Source: an uncultured Gaiellales bacterium (GTDB lineage Bacteria > Actinomycetota > Thermoleophilia > Gaiellales > Gaiellaceae). Taken from it: 64,000 bases of DNA. Under the pieces are notes generated by a model that was not told the origin of the DNA, did no database searches, and was given only the letters and a program-made list of their open reading frames with translations. This document shows, in pieces, positions 21,973-30,719 of this stretch. The translations under genes were made by a program, and so were the position numbers. Location of the stretch: NCBI GenBank assembly GCA_964591295.1, contig CAZQAG010000005.1, positions 8,400 through 72,399 on the forward strand. Direction: 5' to 3'. Positions within the stretch are counted from its first letter, which is position 1; every line of letters starts with the position of its first letter.

Positions 21973-22748
21973 TGGAGGAGCGGCGCCTCGGTCCGGTCGT
22001 CGGGCTCGGCACCTGGAACACGTTCGGCGGTGAGCGGGAGCTCGCCCGGGTGGTCGTCGACGCCGCGCTCGCCGCAGGCTGCCGACTCTTCGACTCCTCT
22101 CCGATGTACGGCGGAGCCGAGGAGTCCCTCGGGTTCGCCCTGACGGACAGGCGCGCGGAGGCGACCCTCGCGACGAAGATCTGGGCCGACTCGGTCGAGG
22201 AGGGCCGCGGGCAGTTCGCCGACCAGCTTGGCTGGTTCGGCCGGGTCGAGATCGAGCAGGTGCACAACCTCGCCGCGTGGGAGCAGCACCTGCCCTGGCT
22301 CGAGGAGGAGCGCGAGGCGGGACGGACCGACCGCCTCGGAGTTACGCACTACCAGGCCGCTTCGTTCGGCGAGCTGGCGCGGGCGCTGCGGACCGGCCGA
22401 TTCTCGGTGCTCCAGGTTCCGTACAACCCGCTCGAACGCGAGTGCGAGCAGGAGCTGCTCCCGCTCGCGGCCGAGCTCGGCGTCCCGGTGATCGCGATGA
22501 GGCCGCTCGGGGACAAGTCCCGGCTGGCGAGCCCTCCGCCACCGGAAGCGTTGGCCCCGCTCCGCGACTTCGGGGTATCGACATGGCCGCAGGCGCTGCT
22601 CAAGTGGGCGCTCTCGGACGAGCGGATCGACACTGTGATCCCGGCGACGAAAGACCCGAACCACCTGCGCGAGAACGCCGCCGCCGGCGAGCCGCCGTGG
22701 CTCGGCTCCGAGGAGCGCAAGCTCGTCGAGCGCCTCGCGCGGACGTGA
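21972..22748 (+). CDS. Aldo/keto reductase
   Basis: LGLGTWNTFGG, FDSSPMYGGAE and QVPYNPLERE are present. The ATG at 21972 overlaps the upstream TGA. Confidence 0.8.
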   Translation: MEERRLGPVVGLGTWNTFGGERELARVVVDAALAAGCRLFDSSPMYGGAEESLGFALTDRRAEATLATKIWADSVEEGRGQFADQLGWFGRVEIEQVHNLAAWEQHLPWLEEEREAGRTDRLGVTHYQAASFGELARALRTGRFSVLQVPYNPLERECEQELLPLAAELGVPVIAMRPLGDKSRLASPPPPEALAPLRDFGVSTWPQALLKWALSDERIDTVIPATKDPNHLRENAAAGEPPWLGSEERKLVERLART

Positions 22749-22929
22749 CCCTTCGGGACATCCCCTCGGGGGCCGGCCGCGTGCCACCCTCCGGTTCGAG
22801 CCTAACGGCGAAAATCGTGCGCGTGTGCAGCGAGAATGTGTCGAGAGTGCGAAACGTTCTCCGCACCGTCTAGGAGCAGAACGATCGGGCCTATCACTAC
22901 GAATAGCGTCTAAGGTTGGCCGGCTCGAG

Positions 22930-24054
22930 ATGAGGATCGGCGTCGCCAAGGAGATCAAGTCCGACGAGTACCGCGTCGCGCTGACGCCTGCCGGAGCCCG
23001 CGAGCTCATTCAGCGCGGCCACGATGTGCTCGCGGAGCGTGGCGCGGGAGAGGGCAGCGCCTTCCCGGACGCGGCCTATGAGGCCGAGGGAGTCCAGATC
23101 GTGTCGGTCGAGGACGTCTGGGGCGACGTCGAGCTCCTGCTCAAGGTGAAGGAGCCCGTGCCGGCGGAGTACGGCCGGCTTCGCGATGGGCTCGTCCTCT
23201 TCACGTACCTCCACATCGCTGCCGACGAGGATCTCACGCGTGCGTTGATCGAGAGCGGGATCAGCGCCGTCGCGTACGAGACTGTCGAGACGGCCAACCG
23301 CGCCCTGCCGTTGCTCGCCCCCATGAGCGAGATCGCAGGTCGGCTTGCGTCTCAGGCCGGCGCGTACTTCCTCGAGAAGCCGCTCGGCGGCCGGGGCCTT
23401 CTGCTCGGCGGCGTGCCGGGAGTCGCGCCGGGGAAGGTCGTCGTGATCGGCGGCGGGATGGTCGGCTACAACTCGGCCGTGATCGCGCTCGGCCTCGGCG
23501 CGAACGTGACGATCATCGAGCGCTCGATCGACCGGATGCGCCACCTCGAGGAGGTGCTCGGATCCCGCGTGACGCTTCTGATGTCTTCCAGCCTCCAGAT
23601 CGAGGAGTCGGTCGCAGACGCGGATGTCGTCATCGGTGCGGTGCTCATTCCGGGCGCGCTCGCGCCGAAGCTCGTCACGCGGGAGATGATCGCCGGCATG
23701 AAGGAAGGCTCAGTCGTGGCCGACGTCGCGATCGACCAGGGGGGCTGCCTGGAGACTTCCCGGCCGACGACGCATTCCGACCCCGTCTTCGTCGTCGACG
23801 GCGTGACGCACTACTGCGTGACGAACATGCCGGGTGCGGTCCCGATCACCGCGACGAAGGCCCTGACGAACGCGACGCTGCCGTACGTCGAGGCGATCGC
23901 CGACCACGGGCTCGCGGAGGCCGTCGCACGAGACCCGGCGCTTGCCCGCGGGGTGAACGTCCTCCACGGGAAGATCACCTACGAAGCCGTCGCCGAGGCG
24001 CACGGCCTCGAGTACGCACCCCTCGCCGACGTCCTACCGCTGTCGCCGGTCTGA
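22930..24054 (+). CDS. ald: Alanine dehydrogenase
   Basis: [46 protein letters not shown] and [12 protein letters not shown] are canonical Ald motifs. The tracked ORF starts earlier, at 22825. Confidence 0.9.
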   Translation: MRIGVAKEIKSDEYRVALTPAGARELIQRGHDVLAERGAGEGSAFPDAAYEAEGVQIVSVEDVWGDVELLLKVKEPVPAEYGRLRDGLVLFTYLHIAADEDLTRALIESGISAVAYETVETANRALPLLAPMSEIAGRLASQAGAYFLEKPLGGRGLLLGGVPGVAPGKVVVIGGGMVGYNSAVIALGLGANVTIIERSIDRMRHLEEVLGSRVTLLMSSSLQIEESVADADVVIGAVLIPGALAPKLVTREMIAGMKEGSVVADVAIDQGGCLETSRPTTHSDPVFVVDGVTHYCVTNMPGAVPITATKALTNATLPYVEAIADHGLAEAVARDPALARGVNVLHGKITYEAVAEAHGLEYAPLADVLPLSPV

Positions 24055-24057
24055 GAC

Positions 24058-24198
24058 CTACGAAGCCTGCGGTTCCGGCTCTTTCTTCTTCTTGCCGGTG
24101 GGAAAGAGTTTGACGACGAGCAGCGTGATCCCAGCCGCGAAAGAAATGACGGCGGCGCAGAACACAATGAGGCCGAGCAGGCCGAGGACGCTTTCCAT
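24058..24198 (-). CDS. Possible 46-aa single-pass membrane peptide
   Basis: Manual translation gives MESVLGLLGLIVFCAAVISFAAGITLLVVKLFPTGKKKKEPEPQAS, with strong GC3 bias. The ORF is below the track cutoff. There is no obvious SD, and only 20 nt separate it from the divergent deoB start. Confidence 0.3.
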   Translation of the reverse strand: MESVLGLLGLIVFCAAVISFAAGITLLVVKLFPTGKKKKEPEPQAS

Positions 24199-24218
24199 GA
24201 CCGACCTAGAATAGCCCT

Positions 24219-25385
24219 ATGTCCCGCGCATGCGTCATCGTGCTGGATGCGGTCGGCGCGGGCGAGCTGCCCGACGCAGCCGAGTTCGGCGACGAAGGAT
24301 CGGACACCCTCGGCAATGTGGCTCGCGCCGTGGGCGGCCTCGACCTGCCCAACCTCGAGGCCTTCGGGCTCGGCAACGTGGCGCCGCTCGAGGGCTGCCC
24401 GCCCCAGCCGGGGGCGCCTGCCGTCGCCGGCCGGCTCGTCGAGCGCTCGAAAGGCAAGGACACCACCACCGGACACTGGGAGCTGATGGGAATCGTCACG
24501 CCCCAGGCGATGCCGACCTACCCGCACGGCTTTCCGTTCGAGGTGATCGACCCGTTCATGCACGCAACCGGCCGTGGCGTGATCGGCAACAAGCCCGCGT
24601 CGGGGACGGAGGTCATCGAAGAGCTCGGCGAGGAGCACCAGCGAACCGGCAAGTGGATCGTCTACACGTCTGCCGACTCGGTCTTCCAAATCGCGGCGCA
24701 CGTCGACACGATTCCGCTCGACGAGCTCTACCGCGGATGCGAGATCGCGCGAGAGATCCTGACCGGCAACCACGCCGTCGGCCGCGTGATCGCGCGCCCG
24801 TTCACGGGTGAGCCGGGCAGCTACGAGCGCACGCCCGACCGCCACGACTGGTCGCTGAAGCCGAAGCAGCCCAACTACCTCACGCTCGTCCGGGAGGCGG
24901 GCAAGCCCGTGCACGGAGTCGGCAAGATCCGAGACATCTTCGCCGGCTACGACATCGACGAATCCCATCCGACCCGGTCGAACGTCGAGGGGATCAACCA
25001 GACCGAGCAGCTGCTGAACGAGCTGGACGAGGGCCTCGTCTTCACGAACCTCGTCGAGACAGACATGCTCTGGGGGCACCGCAACGATCCCGTCAACTTC
25101 CACCGCTGCCTGCAGGATTTCGACCGTCGACTGCCCGACATCCTCGGCGCGCTTCGCCCGGGCGACCTGCTGATCCTCACCTCCGACCACGGCTGCGACC
25201 CGACGACGGCGTCGACCGACCATTCGCGGGAGCACGCGCTGCTCCTCGCGTACGTCGAAGGCAAGAACGCTGCGGGGCGCATCCACGAAGGAGAGTTCGC
25301 CGACGTGGGGGCGACCGTCAACTCCTGGCTCGGCGGCAAGGCTCCGAGGCGGGGCGTTCCGGGCCAGTCGATCGTCGAGCAGTGA
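24219..25385 (+). CDS. deoB: Phosphopentomutase
   Basis: VIVLDAVGAGELPDA, GKDTTTGHWE, SADSVFQIAAH and TSDHGCDPT are DeoB motifs. Confidence 0.9.
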   Translation: MSRACVIVLDAVGAGELPDAAEFGDEGSDTLGNVARAVGGLDLPNLEAFGLGNVAPLEGCPPQPGAPAVAGRLVERSKGKDTTTGHWELMGIVTPQAMPTYPHGFPFEVIDPFMHATGRGVIGNKPASGTEVIEELGEEHQRTGKWIVYTSADSVFQIAAHVDTIPLDELYRGCEIAREILTGNHAVGRVIARPFTGEPGSYERTPDRHDWSLKPKQPNYLTLVREAGKPVHGVGKIRDIFAGYDIDESHPTRSNVEGINQTEQLLNELDEGLVFTNLVETDMLWGHRNDPVNFHRCLQDFDRRLPDILGALRPGDLLILTSDHGCDPTTASTDHSREHALLLAYVEGKNAAGRIHEGEFADVGATVNSWLGGKAPRRGVPGQSIVEQ

Positions 25386-25410
25386 CCGGGCACGCGAGGG
25401 TGCTGCCGCG

Positions 25411-26709
25411 GTGATCCGTCCCGCAGAGCTCATCGAGCGCAAGCGCGACGGCGGTCACCTGACGCCGGAGGAGATCGACGAGCTCGTGCTCGGGCATGCG
25501 CAGGGCGACATCCCCGACTACCAGCTCGCCGCGTTCTGCATGGCCGTCTACTTCCGCGGTCTCTCGGCCGAGGAGACCCTCGCTCTGACGAACGCCTTCG
25601 TGCGCAGCGGCTCGACGCTCGACCTGCGCGCCGAGCTCGGTAGGACAGTGGTCGACAAGCACTCGACCGGCGGGGTGGGGGACAAGACCTCGCTCGTCGT
25701 CGGCCCGCTCGTCGCCGCCTGCGGCGTTCCGTTCGGAAAGATGAGCGGGCGCGGCCTGGGTCACACCGGGGGAACCCTCGACAAGCTCGAGTCGATCTCC
25801 GGCTTCCGCGTCGAGCTCTCGAAGGAGGAGTTCGTCGAGCAGGTGCGCGAGATCGGCCTCGCGATCATCGGCCAGTCGCCTGACCTCGTTCCTGCCGACA
25901 AGCGTCTCTATGCGCTGCGGGACGTGACCGGGACCGTCGACAGCATCCCGCTGATCGCGGCGAGCATCATGTCCAAGAAGATCGCCGCGGGCGCCGAGGG
26001 AATCGTGCTCGACGTGAAGGTCGGAAACGGCGCTTTCATGAAGTCGCTCTCGGACGCGCGAATGCTCGCCGAGTCGATGCAGGAGCTCGGGCGCGGCGCC
26101 GGCCGCCAGGTCGTCGCCCTCCTCACGGACATGGACCAACCCCTCGGCTGGGCGATCGGCAACGCGATCGAGATCGAAGAGGTCCGCGCGATGCTCGCCG
26201 GGGAGGAGACCCCACCGGATCTCTTCTCGCTCGCGATCCAGGCCACGGGCCGGCTCCTGGCGCTCTCCGACCTCGGGATCGACGCCGACGAGGGAACCAA
26301 GCGGGCCGAGAAGGCCGTCGACGACGGCTCGGCAGCCGAGATGTTCGAGCGCTGGATCGCAGCTCAGGGCGGCGACCTCTCCGCCGGCTTGCCACAGGCG
26401 CCCGTCACGCGTGAGCTGACCGCTGACCGCGACGGCTTCGTCGGCGAGGTCTCCGCGCTCGGCCTCGGGCGGGTGGCGCTCGAGCTCGGCGCCGGCCGCC
26501 GCACCAAGGACGACGCGATCGACCACGCGGTCGGGATTCGCTGCTTCGCCAAGCGCGGCGATGCGATCGAGGCAGGTCAGACCCTCGCCGTCGTCTACGC
26601 ACGGGACGAGGCCGGCGCCGACCGCGCACTCGACCAGATCCGAGATCTGATCGCGATCACGGACGAGTCCCAGCATCCAGGCCCGATCGTGCTCGAGACC
26701 CTGACCTAG
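25411..26709 (+). CDS. Thymidine / pyrimidine-nucleoside phosphorylase
   Basis: ELIERKRDGGHLTPEEI, VDKHSTGGVGDKTSL, GRGLGHTGGTLDKLE and SIMSKK are family motifs. Confidence 0.9.
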   Translation: MIRPAELIERKRDGGHLTPEEIDELVLGHAQGDIPDYQLAAFCMAVYFRGLSAEETLALTNAFVRSGSTLDLRAELGRTVVDKHSTGGVGDKTSLVVGPLVAACGVPFGKMSGRGLGHTGGTLDKLESISGFRVELSKEEFVEQVREIGLAIIGQSPDLVPADKRLYALRDVTGTVDSIPLIAASIMSKKIAAGAEGIVLDVKVGNGAFMKSLSDARMLAESMQELGRGAGRQVVALLTDMDQPLGWAIGNAIEIEEVRAMLAGEETPPDLFSLAIQATGRLLALSDLGIDADEGTKRAEKAVDDGSAAEMFERWIAAQGGDLSAGLPQAPVTRELTADRDGFVGEVSALGLGRVALELGAGRRTKDDAIDHAVGIRCFAKRGDAIEAGQTLAVVYARDEAGADRALDQIRDLIAITDESQHPGPIVLETLT

Positions 26710-26744
26710 GAGGGTTTGGCGCAAAAAAGGCGCTGAGAGGCGGG

Positions 26745-27167
26745 TCAGGCCTGAAGCTGCTCAGGCGTGACCGACCCGATTGGGACGATCCGTCGCCTGA
26801 AGTAGCCACGCAGATAAGCCATTACTTCGTCGAAAAGCCGCGCCTCGCTCGCAGCGACCCAGGTGACGTGCGCACGCGCCTCCTCCCCGGTCGCCTGCCA
26901 CCATTGACCATTGAGGCCGAGGAACACGAGCGTAGCGATGAAGGCCATGCGCTTGTTCCCGTTCTCCCACGCGTGGGTCTTCACCATGAGGTAGAGAAAG
27001 ATCGCCGTCTTGTCAGCGAGATCGGAGTACAGTTCAGCGCCATCGAACGTCTGGCGTGGCGCTGCAAGTGCCTGTTCAAGCTTCGGAAGGTTGACCGTGC
27101 GCCATTCAGGCATCGGTTCGGCCCCCGTCAGCTCGCGGGTTACAAGCGCATGTACAACGTCTCGCAC
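26745..27167 (-). CDS. Doc (death-on-curing) / Fic-fold toxin
   Basis: The Doc-type motif H-x-[FW]-x-N-G-N-K-R is present as THAWENGNKRMAF, followed by LGLNG. The gene lies in visibly lower-GC sequence. An alternative start lies at 27116. Confidence 0.75.
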   Translation of the reverse strand: MRDVVHALVTRELTGAEPMPEWRTVNLPKLEQALAAPRQTFDGAELYSDLADKTAIFLYLMVKTHAWENGNKRMAFIATLVFLGLNGQWWQATGEEARAHVTWVAASEARLFDEVMAYLRGYFRRRIVPIGSVTPEQLQA

Positions 27168-27201
27168 AGACGAGACGTTGAGATAGGTGAGCGGGTCGCC
27201 G

Positions 27202-27495
27202 TTACTCGTCGCCGAGCTTTTCGATCGTCTCGCCGTGTTCTTCGATCACGCGCTCGATCAGCCGCTCGACGCGCTCAGTCTCCTCTGGCGTGTTCTTCGG
27301 TGCCCTCTCAAGAGGATACGAGTAGGAGCCGTCGCCGCTCTCACGCGTGTCGTCACGCGTGTCGTCAGGCGTCGTGCCGTTGGCGATGTAGTTGTAACGC
27401 GTCCTATCGATCACTTCTGCTCCCGTTTCTCCTGCCAAGTATTGCACGTCGATGTTACGAAACGTTTTGCGCGCTATGTCAACGAAACGGCTCAT
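27202..27495 (-). CDS. Hypothetical acidic protein upstream of doc (candidate antitoxin)
   Basis: 97 aa counted from MSRFVDIARKTF. The ORF ends 35 nt before the doc start. I recognise no Phd/YefM or other antitoxin signature. The assignment rests on position only. Confidence 0.35.
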   Translation of the reverse strand: MSRFVDIARKTFRNIDVQYLAGETGAEVIDRTRYNYIANGTTPDDTRDDTRESGDGSYSYPLERAPKNTPEETERVERLIERVIEEHGETIEKLGDE

Positions 27496-27539
27496 TTTCT
27501 TATGCCCTGGACCCCCTTTCGGGCACACATCGCTGGTTC

Positions 27540-27977
27540 CTACGCTGCGAGCGAGAGCGCCCGCGCTCTGGCGAGTGCCTGACTAAGCCTCGCGAGCATC
27601 ACGAGGTCGGCGTGGAGAGCTACCCGCTCCAAGCCGCGAGTGCGGAGCGGCGCAAGGCCGTAGTCGTGCTTCAAGCGTCCGAACTCGCGCTCAACGGCAA
27701 CGCGGCCTCGGTACAGATCGCGGAACCGCTGCGAGTGGCGGGGGATGCGCGGGAACAGGCGACCGCCAAGCGCGAGCGGCAAGGCGACCTGATTCGCCTT
27801 GGCTCCTCGGAGCGGGATAACAGGTTCGCACCCCCGTTCCTCGACCTCGGCATAGACGCGGGTGTTGTCGTAGCCCTTGTCCATGGCGACCGTCTCGGGC
27901 TGGAAGCCGCGAGCGTGGAGAGCGTCGATCAGAGGGGCTACGAAGTTCCTCGCACGTTTCGGTAGCCACTGGGCCGC
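27540..27977 (-). mobile_element. Truncated DDE transposase (C-terminal part, IS4/IS5-superfamily-like)
   Basis: Translation ...FQPETVAMDKGYDNTRVYAEVEERGCEPVIPLRG...VEREFGRLKHDYGL shows the DKGYD and (E)REF..LK pattern of the IS4/IS5-type C-terminal half. The N-terminal half is missing and I saw no inverted repeats. Confidence 0.6.
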
Positions 27978-28363
27978 TTATGAACGGCTCGCCTCGCAGC
28001 TCATCGTCGGCAACATCGGGCCGGACGAACACATGGTGGTCTTGGCCGACGAATACTCGACTCCGGACCACGTCACCTTTGAGGAAAACCTTCGGCGTCT
28101 CGTAGACCAGTTTGAACCGCAACGCCCTTGTTGGCGTTTGTCGAATGAGGTCTACGGGCGTGGACGTTTTTCAGATACTCGACCTGCTCCTGGGCGCTGT
28201 GCAGTACGAGTACCGTCAAGCTTCGGGCGAGATTCCTCGCAACCCAAGAAACCCGAGAGGCCAACTCTTGGCTTTCATTCAGAACCTCTTCGGGGTCAAC
28301 ACGCTTGTGGCCGCGCCACGGAGCTTCCGGCTCAACGTCGCCGAGTACCGCACGAACCCTTAG
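27960..28363 (+). pseudogene. Frameshifted gene remnant (possibly DUF3800-like)
   Basis: Two adjoining frames read ...MVVLADEYSTPDHVTFEENLRRLVDQF / ...VDVFQILDLLLGAVQYEYRQ. The latter resembles the conserved (Q)xADLLxGA box of DUF3800. It has no proper start and abuts the transposase fragment. Confidence 0.3.
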
Positions 28364-28510
28364 AAAAAGAAGAGCAGCCTGTCCCCCAGAGGGCAACGGC
28401 TGCCTACAAAAGAGTAACACATCGTGAGCACGTCCTAGCACCCCCGAAAGGGGGTGACTCGTGATGCTCGCTCGGCTCTCGCAGGCGCTCGCCAGAGCGC
28501 GGTCGTACCG

Positions 28511-28765
28511 CTAGCGGCCTGAACCGAGACGCGAGATAGCCAAACGCAATCCGTCTTGAGCGGCGGCGATGGTGTCTGCCGCCGCCCCCAAGCGGTCATC
28601 AGACTCAACCGGGGGTCCATGGCCCACCTGTGAGACGCGCGTTGTACGCGCCTTGTGCTCAAGGGCCGCAAGACGAGCAACCTCGCGGTACGTTTCCGAG
28701 AGCGTTTCGTAGAGGCTTTCAAAGCCACGCTCGCCCGCGACCAGCCAACGGTGCTGCTTCCACAT
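28511..28765 (-). pseudogene. Probable C-terminal remnant of an unknown gene
   Basis: The frame stays open upstream of the only Met (…EFWKKDVADWAFLGPMWKQHRWLV…) back to a stop, with no start codon. No family was recognised. Confidence 0.25.
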
Positions 28766-28902
28766 TGGGCCAAGAAACGCCCAGTCGGCAACATCTTTCT
28801 TCCAAAACTCGCCGGGGTGATTATCTTCCCCCCGCTCGCGGCGGGATTATTTCGTCAAACCCTCCTAGCTAGGGTTCACCGGTCGGCGGTTACGCTCCGG
28901 GG

Positions 28903-29727
28903 GTGCCCGAACTACCGGAAGTCGAGACGATCCGGGTCGGCCTCGAGCCGCATCTCGTCGGCCGGACGTTCGAGCACGTCGAGATCGCCGATGCACGCCT
29001 CACGCGACCCCACGACCCCGTGGAGACCGCCGCCGAGCTGACCGGAGAGACGGTCGCGGCCCTCGAGCGGCGCGGGAAGTATTTGGTTGTTCGGTTCGAG
29101 AGTGGTCGAGTTCTCCTGATTCACCTCCGAATGACGGGGAGCCTGCTGCTCCTCCGGGACGGAATCGCAAGCGACGATCCGTACCGAAGGGCTGTCGTCA
29201 GATTAGACAACGGGTCGGACGTCGCTTATCGCGACGTGAGGCGCTTCGGCACCTGGCTCCTGCTCGAGCCCGGCGAGCTGGAGCCATACCTCGCCTCACG
29301 AGTCGGCGCCGAGCCGCTCGGGCGCTCGCTCACGGCCAAGTCGCTCGTCGATCGACTCGCGAAGCGGAAGGCTCCGCTGAAGGCGATCGTCCTGGACCAG
29401 CGGGTCTTCGCGGGCGTCGGAAACATCTATGCGGACGAAGCGCTCTGGTGGGCGAGGCTCCATCCGCTCCGTCCCGGCCAGGACGTAAGCCGGGAAGAGC
29501 TCGGCGCCCTCGTGAAAGCGATCCGCCGCGCGCTCCGCCTCGGGATCGCGCGCCAGGGCGCGACGCTTCGCGACTACCGAGGGGCAGACGGCGCCGAGGG
29601 CGCCATGCAAACGGAGTTCCGCGTGTACGGCCGAGCCGGCGAGCCGTGCACACGCTGCGGCCATCCGATCGAGAAGACGCGGGTCGCAGGCCGCGGCACC
29701 TGGTACTGCCCGAACTGCCAGCTCTAA
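28903..29727 (+). CDS. mutM: Formamidopyrimidine-DNA glycosylase
   Basis: (M)PELPEVETIR N-terminus, an H2TH region, and a C-terminal zinc finger (CTRCGHPIEKTRVAGRGTWYCPNCQ). GTG start. Confidence 0.9.
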   Translation: MPELPEVETIRVGLEPHLVGRTFEHVEIADARLTRPHDPVETAAELTGETVAALERRGKYLVVRFESGRVLLIHLRMTGSLLLLRDGIASDDPYRRAVVRLDNGSDVAYRDVRRFGTWLLLEPGELEPYLASRVGAEPLGRSLTAKSLVDRLAKRKAPLKAIVLDQRVFAGVGNIYADEALWWARLHPLRPGQDVSREELGALVKAIRRALRLGIARQGATLRDYRGADGAEGAMQTEFRVYGRAGEPCTRCGHPIEKTRVAGRGTWYCPNCQL

Positions 29728-30458
29728 GCTGGGGCGGCCGGCGGTCTTGCCGGCAAAGCCGAGCGGGAGACAATTGCCTGCGGCACTCCGTGCGTGAGCC
29801 ACTCGGCTAGCGCTCCGCCCCCGACGGCCTTCGCTGCGCCAGAGAGCCCGATGGCCCGCACCTCAGGAGCGTGCGCGTCGCTTGCGAGCATGTGTGCGAG
29901 ACCAAGCTGGATGAGCGCTAGGCCTGCCGCCTTCGGCTTCTTCCCAAGATGTCCCTCGACAGAAGCAGCGGTGACCTGGACGAGGGCTCCTGCGTCGACG
30001 AGAGGACGAAGCTTCTCCGGGTCCCGCTGCACTTCGGGGTTGCGTTCGGGGTGGGCCAAAACCGGTGTCGTTCCACCGCGACTGAGCATGAAGACCTGGT
30101 CTGCGAGCCCCAGGGGCCAGCCGGAGTAGGGAAACTCGAGGAGAAGGAAGTCGGGGTTCCCCGCAAGGCCGAACTTTCGTAACTCATCGTCCTCCAGCCG
30201 GAGAAGCCGATCGAGGGCGAGCTCCCCTCCAGGGCGCACTTCGAGCGCGAGCCCAGCATCGTCCAGCGCCGCGCGGAGTTCAGCAGCCCGCTCCTCCATC
30301 TCGGCCGCCGCTGTCGGGAAATCGTCCCTGACGTGAGGCGTTGCCGCGACCGTCTCGATCCCGTCCGCTAGCGCTGCCCTAGCCATGCCGAGGCTTTCGT
30401 CCACGCTTCGAGCACCGTCGTCGAGCCCCCAGAGGATGTGGGTGTGAAGATCGATCAC
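29724..30458 (-). CDS. CpsB/YwqE-type (PHP-fold) protein-tyrosine phosphatase
   Basis: MIDLHTHILWGLDDGA, ATPHV, LAHPERNPEV and LASDAH are CpsB-family metal-ligand motifs. The gene is divergent from the BY-kinase gene. Confidence 0.85.
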   Translation of the reverse strand: MIDLHTHILWGLDDGARSVDESLGMARAALADGIETVAATPHVRDDFPTAAAEMEERAAELRAALDDAGLALEVRPGGELALDRLLRLEDDELRKFGLAGNPDFLLLEFPYSGWPLGLADQVFMLSRGGTTPVLAHPERNPEVQRDPEKLRPLVDAGALVQVTAASVEGHLGKKPKAAGLALIQLGLAHMLASDAHAPEVRAIGLSGAAKAVGGGALAEWLTHGVPQAIVSRSALPARPPAAPA

Positions 30459-30719
30459 CGAGGCACGAGGCTACTGACCCGCTAGCCGCCTTTCAGCAAG
30501 GGCTAGATTTTGCAGGAGCGAGAACCACCCTCTGTGGTCCGCTCGCGTCGCTGACTTAAGGCAAAAATCCGGAAACAGCGGTGAAATCGCCCCTCGGATA
30601 GGGGAAAAGTCACCAAATTGGGCCATCCGGCCTATTGTTGGTTCTGAAGAGACGTAGCAAGATCGAACACACGGCCTGAAAATCATAGGCCGATGCGGCA
30701 ACAAGGGGAGAGATAGGGG
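30459..30719. promoter_or_regulatory. 261-nt lower-GC divergent intergenic region (cpsB-type phosphatase <-> EPS operon)
   Basis: This is the longest clean non-coding gap inside the locus. It is AT-enriched relative to its flanks, has small hairpins (CCCCTCGGATAGGGG, GGCCTGAAAATCATAGGCC) and a purine-rich SD before the ATG at 30720. No specific promoter was identified. Confidence 0.4.

Noticed and set aside
22780-22810. A tRNA T-arm-like string GGTTCGAGCC upstream of ald.
   Set aside because: No complementary T-stem, acceptor stem or anticodon arm can be drawn around it. I found no tRNA or rRNA gene anywhere in the window.
30540-30640. Possible c-di-GMP-type riboswitch in the EPS leader (GGCAAAAATCCGGAAACAGCGG...).
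   Set aside because: There is only a superficial resemblance to GEMM-I conserved segments. I cannot build the two-hairpin architecture or find the conserved tetraloop/receptor. The question is left to an Rfam scan.
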